64,000 nt of DNA. Source: Chrysomallon squamiferum (lineage: Eukaryota > Animalia > Mollusca). The stretch is from the NCBI GenBank assembly GCA_012295275.1, contig CM022674.1, positions 17,050,001 to 17,114,000 on the forward strand. Direction: 5' to 3'. Positions 21,823-34,645 of this stretch are shown one piece after another. A program made the position numbers and the translations under genes. The notes beneath the pieces were generated by a model. That model did not search any database and was not told the origin of the DNA. It saw only the letters and a list, made by a program, of their open reading frames with translations. How positions within the stretch are numbered: position 1 is the stretch's first letter; each line of letters begins with the position of its first letter.

Positions 21823-24699
21823 GTAAGAGTACACATTTTATGACACTGTTTACATACAATTAAATAGCCTAAATACATTATGTATACTTCAAGATATGTT
21901 TTATTTATTTATTTATCATCATCATTATCAACATATTTTTTTTATCCAATCTTAGTTCATAAATAATTTATTATATATGATTTGTACTGCCTCAGATGCA
22001 GGTGTTTAATCAGTATATCATCCTTAAATAATAAAATGAATAAATGTTATGAATAAGTATAATTTCAAATATGTTAATGTGATTAATATCTATAATTTTA
22101 ACTATGTGAAGGTTATGAATGTCCAATTATTTATAGATGTAATAAAGTGAACAAATGTTATGAATGACTATAATTTTAACTATGCAGTAACATAAACGAT
22201 GAAGTGATCGAACGATTTTTTCAGGTTATTTATTGATACAGACTATTCCATAATCGCTTATTGTACTAGGGGTTAGCGCGTTTCAGTGATTTCTATATAA
22301 GAACATTAGCGATCTGTATAAGAACAATAATACGGAGACACCGCGTATTATTCAAGGTAAACGACAGGTTATTAGTAATGCGCTCAACCTTGTCTTGTAT
22401 TCTTTTAATGCGTCCGCGTTATGGGACCTCAGTCTTTTAGGAGGGCACCCACAGATTCACGAGTCAGTATGACACAAAGAATTACATTACACAGGTGTGT
22501 GCGTCAGTAGTATATACAACGAATTATATTACATGGGTGTTTGGGTCAGTATGCTATATAAGTGAATACATGACAGGTTACAAAGGTCAGTACGATTTAC
22601 AACGGATTATATTACAGTGGTATATGGGTCGGTAGGGTTGACAAATATTTATATTACAGCGTAGAAGATCTGAGCATATTTCTCAAAAACAATATTACAA
22701 TGAGGCAAAATACATTAAAGGAACAAGTTACATCAAACTGTGTTACAGATGTGTATGGTTATCTATTCAATACATTTTGAAGTTCATTGTTACGTGAAAT
22801 TTTTATTATAAGGCAATGTATAATTAATTATATTGCTGACGTTAAATGGGTCATCTGTAGTTATATATAATAGTGGTGTACTGACCATATATAATTAAAT
22901 CATATGGGTACAGGTGTCAGATATATTGATATATGGTATCATAAGAGGCTGTATGATCAATCCTTCTTAGCGTACCCTTTGCATTATATTTCTTCTTCTC
23001 CATGGCATATCGGTGTATGCACACACACACACACACATACACACACACACACTTATTGGTAACTGAAAACCTCTTTTTTTTCTTTCGTACAATTATCATG
23101 TAGATAAAAGGATTCACTGACTATTCAGTTATTTTATATATTTAAATGTCAGTCACTATCTTGCTTACTCACACTGGCACACTGAAGAAACGGAAAACAA
23201 TTCAATTTACAAATTTCATTTCCTTTGTTACTTTTCCTCATATAAATGATTACTGCTTGACAGTCACATAATAAAAAAAGTTAGTTGGGCATAATTACAT
23301 GCAAGCCATTTATGAAAATGAATATGACTCGTTGTCATGCAAAAAGAGTTCTGTCAAAGATATCCATGCTTAAGAGAAGAAAAACTATTTTTTTATTTAT
23401 ATTTAATATTTATCTTATTGCTATTGATTTATGTATATGATCTTCTATCACTGTATTAAATCAAATGCTATTATAATTTTTATGATATATTTTAGATAGC
23501 GAAAAAGACCTGTCACTTAACTGATCTAAAGGTTGATATATATCGATAAACAAACCGATTAGAAAGAAATATACATAGATGCGGACAGACAGACAGACAG
23601 ATCAGTGGTTGAAATGCTTTGCTGTTATTATTTTTATTAGTATTAATAAAATAGTGTCTTATATGCATTCATATTAACATATTGTATTGTCTTGATTACT
23701 CATAAACAATAAATAAAATTTACCGAATTGTAATATTTTTCTTATATTATAACAATAGTTAATTACAGCACAATTTAACTACTTCATGAAGTTTAATATT
23801 TAAGTCTTGTGTAATTTCCACACACAACAAATACTAATTGGAAATTATTTAAAATGTTAACTACAAAATGATTATTTCCCGTTCTAGATATCTCATACGA
23901 AAATTGATTAATAAACGCTTTTTCATCTAACCAATTTATTTCTTTAAAAGAAGCATAAACAACCAGAAACAGTAACTGGAAAAGTGTAATGACCGAGTTC
24001 AAAGAAATTACATAAAGAGATTTTCAGAGAGAAAGAAAACAAAACTAAATCACACACACTTTACAGCTTTAGTTCAGTTATTTCAGAAATGCTAAATAAG
24101 AAGGTTTGAAACTATATACATTTCATTTTTTAGATGTGATCTACGGCTACAGTATCAGGACAGTTTCAAGTCACGACATACATGTACACGGGAAAAGACC
24201 GCGCGCGCGCGTTTCTGTGTGTGTGTTTCTAAGGTGGAGGCATACATGTGTATGTATGTATGTATCTGTCATTCTTTCTCTTTCGTTTACAGATGTATGA
24301 AGGTAAATGAGGAGCTTCGTTCTAAATCAAATATAATATAATATCTGAAGTTTAACAATCATCATTTTACATTAAATTAACACCGTTATAACATAATGTT
24401 AATGAGAGGACACTGAATATTACTACACTGCTGATTAGCAACAAGAGTGTTTTATGTGCACCTTCTCAGAGACAGTACACGACATACCACAACATTTTAT
24501 AAACACTGATTAGTATAATTCCGTGATCATGCAAACTATTCTGTTACCAGTGTGAAAACAAGATTTGCTACATTTTTTTTTTTTTTTTTTATGAAAATCG
24601 CTAAATAATTTAGGATCTGAAATCTGCATTATTTTTGGTTATTATTATTATTTTGTTTTTATTATTATTATTTCAATACTAAATATATTCTACGCTTAC

Positions 24700-24886
24700 C
24701 GGATATCAGACATTATTACAAAAGAGTCCCAAAAATATAGTCTACACTTTGCGTACATTTTGGATCAGTCTCACATAATGACTGACTTCTGATCCTCATG
24801 TTATCAATATCGAGAGATTTGAACACTGGTGCTGATACGATTTGGGATCGGAGACCATCTTCAAAAACAGATTTCTCCGCAGCCAT
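24700..24886 (-). pseudogene. Possible exon remnant of an unidentified gene divergent from PARP copy 3
   Basis: ATG-started MAAEKSVFEDGLRSQIVSAPVFKSLDIDNMRIRSQSLCETDPKC... with a CCG|GTAAGC donor at 24700, but stops occur before the donor. A related remnant with the same donor lies at ~695-757. Confidence 0.3.
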
Positions 24887-25737
24887 GCTCTTTGTAGATT
24901 GCATCTCTGATTGTCGAACTCGGTATATATCGCTACAGTATATTGCTAAAGGATATATAAATACTCTCGTGTTAGGTTGATATGGGAGAGTAGGTTTTAA
25001 GTCCATGTAACGATAAACAATATAATCGTGACACATTCAGTTTTCTGCAACGTTTAATAACTAAGACTACAATTCTATGCTTATGGTAAGTACCCGTATG
25101 TACTTCTGTATTTAATCTCTGAACTACGTCAGATGTTCTCTGTCCTTACAAATATCACTAGCAGCACAAGAACAAATCGTAAAAAATATTAAAATATTCA
25201 GTAAAATATCTGTTGATATGGCCATGATCGAAATTGCAAGATTACATAAATTTATAACTTAGCTTTTATTGGTTAATATTTATTTATTTATTTATTCAGT
25301 TACGTATATACTTACTTTACTTACTCACTTACTTATTTACTTACTTATTTATTTATTTATTTGTTAGATACTTAGTTTGTTTCTTTGTTTGTTTATTATA
25401 ATTATTGTTAATATTATTATGATTATTATTATTTCCTTTTTCTCTTTTTTAAGCAAGTAGCAAAATTATTTTATACTTATTATTTTTTAAATATCGATTG
25501 TCTATTTTATATTTATAATGCTATTTTCAGGGATTTAAACATGTACAAGAAAGAGGTAGAATGCTTGGAAGCTAGAATTTTACAAATAGTACACAAACTT
25601 ACCAAAGTTTTGATAATTCAGTATTAAATGTATTTTAAAAAATAGAAAACCTGTCAATGTTACATTTAATGATGAAAATACCACAACTGGTGAAGATTTT
25701 AGAGAAGTCACTGATTGACTGTTATATTTTATTTCAG

Positions 25738-27491
25738 AAGTATATCTCGCTTTCAGAAATTTGATGATAATGACGTCTTCGAAACGAGTGGGTGGTATTA
25801 CCAAGATGATCTTCCAGAACAGGAACAATTTGACAGGAAAGTCACAGCAGATACAATAGAAGATTTGGAAGTAAAACTAGATCTAAAACAGGTATCAAGG
25901 CAAAAACAACTTGATGGCGAAATGAAAAGAGTTCCGTCTCAAAAACAGCAGAAACAGCTTGATGTGAAGAGGAAAGCTTATCTAGAAAAGATGCACAGAA
26001 GAAGAAACTTGGCCTGAAAGTTACAGCAGATCGAGCACAAATTTCACAGCAAGAACAACTACATGTAAAAGTGAAAGTAAATCCACCTCAAGTTTCACAG
26101 CAGAAACAACTTGATGTCAAAGTGAAAGCAGATCTAGCTCAACTTTCACAGTATAAACAACTTGATGTTAAAGTGAAAGTACATCCTGTACAAGTTTCAC
26201 AGCAGAAACAACATCATGTGAAACAACCAGAAGCGATAAATGAATATGGAAAAAAGTATAAGTTTTAATAACAGTGACATATCAGAATGTAGTTTTACTT
26301 TTGTTTCAGAGTACATCCTTGAGAAGGTATTGGCCTCATATTCAGCCCTCCTTGGATCCTGATCTAACAAATGTCCTTAGTTTTTATCTTTTTGAAAAAG
26401 TATGTATTAAAAATAATTTGAAAAATAATAGTTCATTAAGCCATCTCAGAAGATTTCCTCTCTTGTTTTAAGTATACTCTCTTACTATTTGTATTACTTA
26501 ATACTACACAACAATATGTAAACATGTTATGTGTTAATCGTATTGCAATTGTACTTTTACTTTTTTGTGCCACTAATTAAAATTTACTACATCTATCTCT
26601 ATAATCTATACTCGTATATATAGACAGACATACACACATTTTTTTCTTCAGTTTTCAAAGAATTTCTCTATTGCATTTGCCAGTAACTTCATTCCAATTG
26701 TTGTTGATTTTCACTTAATGAGAACTTTAGTTTGTTTCGAACTGGGAGTGGTTGATGTCGAAGTTCAGCGTCTCTCAACAGCATCGTATGTCACTCGACA
26801 AGAAGACAACTACACACAAAAAACGACAAAAAACATTATACGTAAGAAAGATAAATAATATTTTAAGAAATGAAAATGTATAAAACCACAATTTAAAACA
26901 AGTAAGAAGGAAGAAAGAAAGAGATGTTTAAAATGTTCATGTTAATACCTATAACATTGTGTTTATAGTATATTAATAGTTATCAAATAAAAATAATATG
27001 TTGTATCACATATCACATTCATACATAGTCAAAGAATATCACATCATGTGACACAACTGACGTTACTTTACGTATAACATATGTCATACCCATATCATAT
27101 GATATTATATAAAACAGCATATTATTTTTGTTATAGAAAAGTCTGCAGTATACTCTTGAACTGAAGTACTTGGCTGGGCAACCATTTTATAATTTTGAAA
27201 CTGACACGTTTCAGTATGAAATCAATTTAAGCCAGATGATCCAAACACATCTGGAAACATTAAAACAAAGACGACTGTTGAGGAGACCTGCTTTTGTTTC
27301 CAGTGATGATGTACAGAGGCAAACAAAAGTGTAAATAGAAAAATATTGTACAAGAACAATAACTTTCGATTGACATATTTTGTACCTCACTTTCACTTAT
27401 TTTAAAAGTTTTTCTCTCTTAACGTTTTAAAAAACTTGTCTGTCGTTATCGTATATCTTAATATCCTACTTCATTTTTGTTTTAACTTTTT

Positions 27492-27580
<89 letters not shown>

Positions 27581-27779
27581 ATTTTTATTATACAATACAA
27601 TTCAGAGTTCATCGATGTCTTTCAGTAGAACTGGTGAAACTAAAACTTGATGACTTGACCGAAGTCAAGGAGGTGAAAACAGTGATGAAATGATTTTTCT
27701 CTACCATGAACAAATCGGAAGTCAAATTGAAATCTTTGTTTCGCATTCAGAATCTACGCATGTGGGAAAGGTACTGTAG
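25738..27779 (+). pseudogene. PARP12/TIPARP-like gene, copy 3; zinc finger/WWE1 segment deleted
   Basis: Frameshift near 25985, deletion at ~26220 joining the repeat region to intron sequence, second deletion at ~26818, TGA at 27691. The WWE exon (~27137-27330) and the IQNLRMWERYC exon remain. Confidence 0.83.
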
Positions 27780-28750
27780 GTAAGAGTACACATTTTATGT
27801 CACCGTTTACATACAATTAAATAGCCTAAATACATTATGTATACTTCAAGATATGTTTTATTTATTTATTTATCATCATCATTATCAACATATTTTTTAA
27901 TCCAATCTTAGTTCATAAATAATTTAGTATATATGATTTGTACTGCCTCAGATACAGGTGTTTAATCAGTATGTCATCCTTAAATAATAAAATGAATAAA
28001 TGTTACGAATAACTATAATTTTAACTATGTGAACGTTATGAATGTTCTATTATTTATAGATGTAATAAAATGAACAAATGTTATGAATGACTATAATTTT
28101 AACTATGCAGTAAAATAAACGATGACGTGATCGAACGATTTTTTCTGGTTATTTATTGATACAGACTATTCCATAATCGCTTATTGTACTAGGGGTTAGC
28201 GCGTATCAGTGATTTCTATTTAAGAACAATAGCGTTCTGTATTAGAACAATAATACGTAGACACCCCCGTGTTATTCAAGGTAAACGGCAGGTTATTAGT
28301 AATGCGCTCAACATTGCCTTGTATTGTTTAATGCATCCGCGTTATGGGACCTCAGTCTTTTGGGAGGGCAGCCACAGATTCACGAGTCAGTATGACACAA
28401 AGAATTGCATTACACAGGTGTGTGCGTCAGTAGTATATACAAAGAATTATATTACATGGGTGTTTGGGTCAGTAGGCTATATAAGTGAATACATTACAGG
28501 GTACAAAGGTCAGTACGATTTACCACGGATTATATTACAGTGGTATATGGGTCGGTAGGGTTGACAAATATTTATATTACAGCGTTGAAGATCTGAGCAT
28601 ATTTCTCAAAAACAATATTACAATGAGGCAAAATACATTAAAGGAACAAGTTACATCAGACTGTGTTACAGATGTGTATGGTTATCTTTTCATTACATTT
28701 TGAAGTTCATTGTTACGTGAGATTTTTATTATAAGGCAATGTATAATTAA

Positions 28751-29306
28751 TTATATTGTCTTATTACCATTTGGCTTCTTTATCTTCCTTAAATATATTT
28801 TTGTTTTCACTTTCATACAATCTACAGCTGCCAATTTTTGCACTGAAACAGTTTCGTTTTGCAATTTTTCTGAAAAATCATCCAGTCTTTGTTGGGCTCT
28901 GCCTTGCAGTCCAATATATTTCAGAATTCTAAACCTATGTTCAATTGTACTAGTTGTTTTCATCTGCTCATGAATAAAGTTTTTACTACTGCGAATTTCT
29001 GATATTGATTTTTCAGCCTGTGCTATATTTCTCAAAAGTATATTGGACGATAATGGCAAAATTGCAAAAAAAAAAAAAAAAAAAAAAAAACATGTTTAAA
29101 TATTAAAGAAATTATTCTGAAACATATTACTATTTTCATCCAATCTGCATGGCAAGCAGGTTTTCTTATCATTTTCTGGGATAACTTCAGAAAATAACTC
29201 AAAAGAAGAGTCTTCAGCTAAATTAATAAATTCTTCTGTATAGTAACCAGGTTGCAACATTTTCATGTCTACTTGAAATGTAACAAATACTAGTGTTAAC
29301 ACATGC
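28751..29306 (-). pseudogene. Unidentified coding-like exon remnant split by a poly(A/T) run
   Basis: Two adjacent protein-like frames (VDMKMLQPGYYTEEFINLAED... and PLSSNILLRNIAQAEKSISEIRSS...) flank A-run 29066-29090, with a candidate acceptor near 29307. The sequence is cut where PARP unit 3 ends (~28757). Confidence 0.35.
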
Positions 29307-29995
29307 CTGTGTTATTTGTTAACAGATGTAGTTGCTTATTAACACAATATAAAGGAATTCTTACAACACAGTATCATATAATGGAATGTTCCACTTTAAT
29401 GGAACAGAATAGAATAAATTGAACTTCCTTAGAGGAATCAATTCTGTAATTTAATAATAGTAATAATAATAATAGCAACAGTAATGCTAAATTTAGAAAG
29501 GTGTTAAAATCAAAATATCTCTACAGAAAGTGTATTATAAAACAGCTGCAGTATTAGAATAATTATTATTATTTTAAATATTAAATTTTTATACTTTTTT
29601 TAGTCTTTATTTATATTTGTATTACTATATACTTTATTTTAAAATTTCAATATAAACATTCAGAATTATTAAAATGTATCTTGAAATTGTCTATATTAAT
29701 ATTAATTAGTGTTTCCTAATGTAAAACCCATGTTTATTAGAATGTGTATATAAATTTTCATTATTAATTTAGAGCTAAAAACTATTTATAGGTAACAACT
29801 ATTAATCTTGTACTTTATTATTGCAAAGATACCCCTTTTTATAATAATTATACATTTCCTGAAATATCCTTTTTCTAAATATATGTCCATGCACACACAT
29901 ACATATATATATATATATATCTATATATCAAACTATGTCTGGTTTTTAGTTAAATTATTTCACAATTTGTTTGTACATTAATAGAGTTACCAGAC

Positions 29996-30910
29996 TGTAA
30001 TTAACACAGTCGTCACGTAACCAAATTAGAACCCCGCAACAGCCGTGACACTGCTCCCCCAAATTACCACTAACTATACATACAGACCTCCCTGTATAAG
30101 GTAGATAGCTACCAGCTTTGGCTCAGCAATAACGGTATTCAGGGAACAAGGTCATATATAGATTTTTATTTAGCCAATGTTAAATCACTAGAAACAGAAC
30201 AACACAAGTTTAGATTTAAAGATTGTATGTATTATATGATCTAAAAATAGTTATTAGTAAAATGGAAGAAAATTACACTCACCACATAAGTAAACATACG
30301 GGGGATATTAAATATGTTTATCCCTCAAGGTAAAATAGCACACCCGAAAATGTATTTGAATATGCAAGTACATGAAAATAACCTACTACTTAGCAAGATG
30401 ATCAGATATCCCACTATTCTCACCCCCTGTTTTAGAAATAATAACTACAGTTTACTTTGATTGATCTGATCACAGATTACCAGCCATTCTCCAAATAATG
30501 GTTATACTACTTCAAACTCTATGTAGTTAAATGATATTTGTTACAAAACCACATGAAACTTCCTTTCAGTTGTTTAAATAGAGCCTTAAAATCTTATAGT
30601 TATCTAAGTCAGCTTGATCTATGTAACTGTCCATCTGAGGGTTAGCCACACGTCTGTTCTGTGTGGTGTAAAAACTGATTGCCCCAAACAAAACACGATC
30701 TCTGCTTTTATTACCTAGGAAAGACCACACAGCGGGTCTTTTAACAGGTGCCAGTGGTCCGCAAAAGAATACCTCACCATAGCTTACACAAGTTGTAAGA
30801 ACAGTCTAACATTCATTACATATTAAACATGAGACTTCTTTCTCCGTCACACTTATCTTATATAATTCTTAAGGTTACATATTAAAGAGCAGACTGCTGT
30901 CGCCCTTACA
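29996..30910. mobile_element. Possible solo LTR or unclassified interspersed repeat
   Basis: Segment of higher GC bounded by TGTAA...TTACA. No convincing target-site duplication. Confidence 0.25.
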
Positions 30911-32189
30911 AACACTATGTCACTAGTGGATGTCAGAGGAGTCAAAAGAACTCGTAAAATGCATTATTCCATTGTAGTGTATTTTTCGTGAATACAGGAA
31001 ATATTGCTCATCTAATAAACAAACAAAAAACAGTAGAGTAATTGCATTTTATAAAACATTTATTATGTTAATTGTTAACAACATTACAATACAGTCTGTA
31101 TTAATAATTGCCATTCTAATGAAATAATACAACAATCGAAAAGAAATTAGTGAAACAGTAAACTCTAAATTAATATATTCCAACAAAATTTAAATTTAGT
31201 ATTTACTCATTTAACTATGTTCTATTGGTCACACACACACGCACACGCACACACACACACACACAGATACATATATTAATAACAATTATTATATTTTTCA
31301 TTTAATATTCAAAATAAATGAAATCAAGGTTTACTTTTATAGATAATCTCACTTTTGTTACACATCCATTTGTCATGGTCTCAAAGAAAGGTCATGGTCG
31401 AATTGACTGGTAATCTGATGTCCTGTATCTGGTATACAATAATGGATTCATCTTCCCACTTGTTGCACAATCAGCTTAGGAAATAATTAAGCAATTGATC
31501 CCTATTACGATGTACCAGAAGTCAAAACAAAAAAAAACAGCAAAGTTTAAACAAAGCAGTTAAATTACTGGTGATACTGGAACGTTAGTTAATTTCCCAC
31601 GTCGCTAATCTCAATAAAAACAATAGCTTAATACAACCGCACTATCACATGACTTGCACAACCAATCAGACCAAGTATTTTGTTAATCTGATTTCCTGTT
31701 CCTGCAAGTGAAAACAAAAGAAACTTGTGGAAATGAAAGTCATGCCTCTTATGTATCTTTGAAAATAGATAATGTTTATTAGTATTAAAGAGATTTTATC
31801 CATTTTATCAATGTAAATTATTTCTAAAGATACGTGAGTATGCAGAATGAAATGAGAAAAGGTAAAAAGAGAAAACAAATAAGAATAAAAATATAAGTGG
31901 AGAAAGTGAACAGAAAATAATGGTAAGCAGTAGCCAAGGTGTTAAGGAAGTCATCATACTGAGGATGTCAAATACACAAACAATGAGCTTAAATGTTCAT
32001 CTGCAACATTTTATCAGTCAACAGCAATGTTAATAAATGTAACCGTGTTTTTATCATCTATGATGATCTAGATCGGTATCCCTTTGTATTTGTATAAAAG
32101 TAAGAATGATAACCTTTTCAAGGAACCTAATTTGCAAAACCCAAAACAAGATTTCCTAACAACTATATTATTTTTTGCATGTTATTATT

Positions 32190-32600
32190 CTTCTTGGAAC
32201 AACTTTATAAAAGGTATTTTCGATGATTCTGGTTAACATATCACAATTTTGATAATGTTAAATGATTATGTGAAACGATATCCAAAATATTACATGATGA
32301 ATATCAGCAATTATGGAAAAATCAAATTAAAACGTCTCCAAAAGATATTAATTACAATTTTTTTAAGAATGAACTGAAATTAGAAAACTATCTTACTTTT
32401 CTGTCTCAAAAGAATGTTAATGCCTTATATAAATTTAGAACCGCGAATGCTAAACTTCCTATTGAAACCGGACGATGGTCTGATATTAACTAAAAACAGA
32501 AAATGTCATATTTGTAATGTTAACTAAACTGGAGATGAATATCACTATATATTTAAAGGTAATGATCTTATATTATTAAAAGCATGAACAAATATACCAA
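32190..32600 (+). mobile_element. Degraded LINE ORF2 C-terminal fragment
   Basis: LENYLTFLSQKNVNALYKFRTANAKLPIETGRW...C...GDEYHYIF, a typical post-RT motif of invertebrate LINEs. Confidence 0.75.
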
Positions 32601-32739
32601 ATATACCAGATAAATAAATATATATATATATATATATATTAACTATATAAAAATCAGGAAATTTACTTTTCTGTACTAGAAGATATTTTCCTAAGCTTTT
32701 TTCTTTCTTTCTTTCTATTATTATTATTACTGTATATAA

Positions 32740-32779
<40 letters not shown>

Positions 32780-33423
32780 TAATAAAATTAAAAGTACTGT
32801 AACTATTACACTAATATTATTGGAATTGACTTAATTACACTTCAGCTGTAACTACTAGGAATGGAACAAACGGGATGTATAACAAGTGAGAGACAAACAC
32901 CATTTGTCCATTTTTATCCATTAATTAAAGAAACAGTTAATGAATAAAAAATGTAAGTTGAAGATTGAACTAAAGTTAGTTGATACACAAAATAAAGATA
33001 GTAAAAACATTCTATCATGCAAATTAAATAAGAAAAAAAGAATCAGTGTAATTAAAAACATATACAAGTATTTGCTATTCAAATTCAATAAGCATCTTCT
33101 AATGATTAAATACATTGAAGTAAAAATAAATATATATATTCCCAATTAATAATAATGATAATAATATAAATAAAAAAATAAATATATATTTAAAATAAAT
33201 GTATGAAAAATATTAATTGAATACAATAGACAAGTATTATAAACAATATATATATCCAAAAAAATTTGTATCAGTGTCTTAAAAACAATACATGAACTGA
33301 CACATTTCATACAGTTTATGTAACAGTGGCATAACCAGCAAAGATTAGCACTTTAGACAATACTTTCTGTTTTGCATCACTGAAAAACTAACAAGTAAAT
33401 TAAAAGTAAATCATTATAAAGCT

Positions 33424-33468
<45 letters not shown>

Positions 33469-34645
33469 GTAATAATGGCAACAAACACAATAAAAATAAA
33501 TCATTATTAGTAGAAAATAATTTCTGGAAGGAAACAATCATCAAGACAGGCAAAATAAATACAAGATATTTATAAAAAAACAATCATTCAGTGTAACTCC
33601 AACACATTCCTAGTAAAATATTTAGTAATGCAAAATAATTTTGTCAAATAAAAAATATACATTAAATATTCTGCACTCTATTTTAAAACACAACTTTAAT
33701 TATAACATCCTATTTAACAGATATTCTCACACATAAACAGTCAAATAGCAACACAAGTAATAATCAAGTCATCATGAATAATATAACAAATCTGATTCAA
33801 AAACTGCTTGACTTTTCACTTTCTGAATAACCTGATCAAAATTAACATCAGTATAACTGTTGTTTTATTATTGCTGGGCAACCAAACATTTCTTAACATC
33901 TTTTTCATGGAATTGTGCAATAAACACCCCAAACTCTTTCAATGAAATTAAAATGAAGTGAAATTTTCAGAAAGCCACAGTTATTATAATAATTCTTGTT
34001 ATGTTCAGACACAATAGAGACTAAAAATTGTTGAAAGATGCACCAGCTATAAAATATGTTAACAACATTTGTATAGAAACACAAACTGCACAATATATGA
34101 ATACAATATTTGAACAGAAACAGCAGAGTGCACAGCACAGTAATGGAATATCTGAATAGAAACAATTTACAGAATCTAGATATACACCAGACTACACAGC
34201 AATATAGTTACACAAATTTGCACTGTATTTAATTCTTCATCACAATCAATTAGTTCACAGATCTTAGTTTGAAAATGTGGTCTGGCTCATGTATCAATAA
34301 TTATGCTTTTGAACTGAAAAATTAAAACTGTACACAGTATTTAATATAATTAAATACGCTGATACAACATTATTAAAAATGTGCACAAATGAAGCAGCTC
34401 AAACTGAAACTACATCAGAAATCACTGTATTTCAGGATGAAGTATAACATTAAGATCAACTTTATACCGTAGAAATTACAAGCAGAATTTAGATTATTGC
34501 GTTTATTATGAACATCAGTTTTATATAAAAATACTATTTCTGAACAACTTCAAAATGATCTCACTAGCTGATCGTTCATTTAAAGTGATAGTCTGTGTAC
34601 ATAATGTACTAATCCAAAAAGTTCAGTTTCATATCAAAATTTAGT

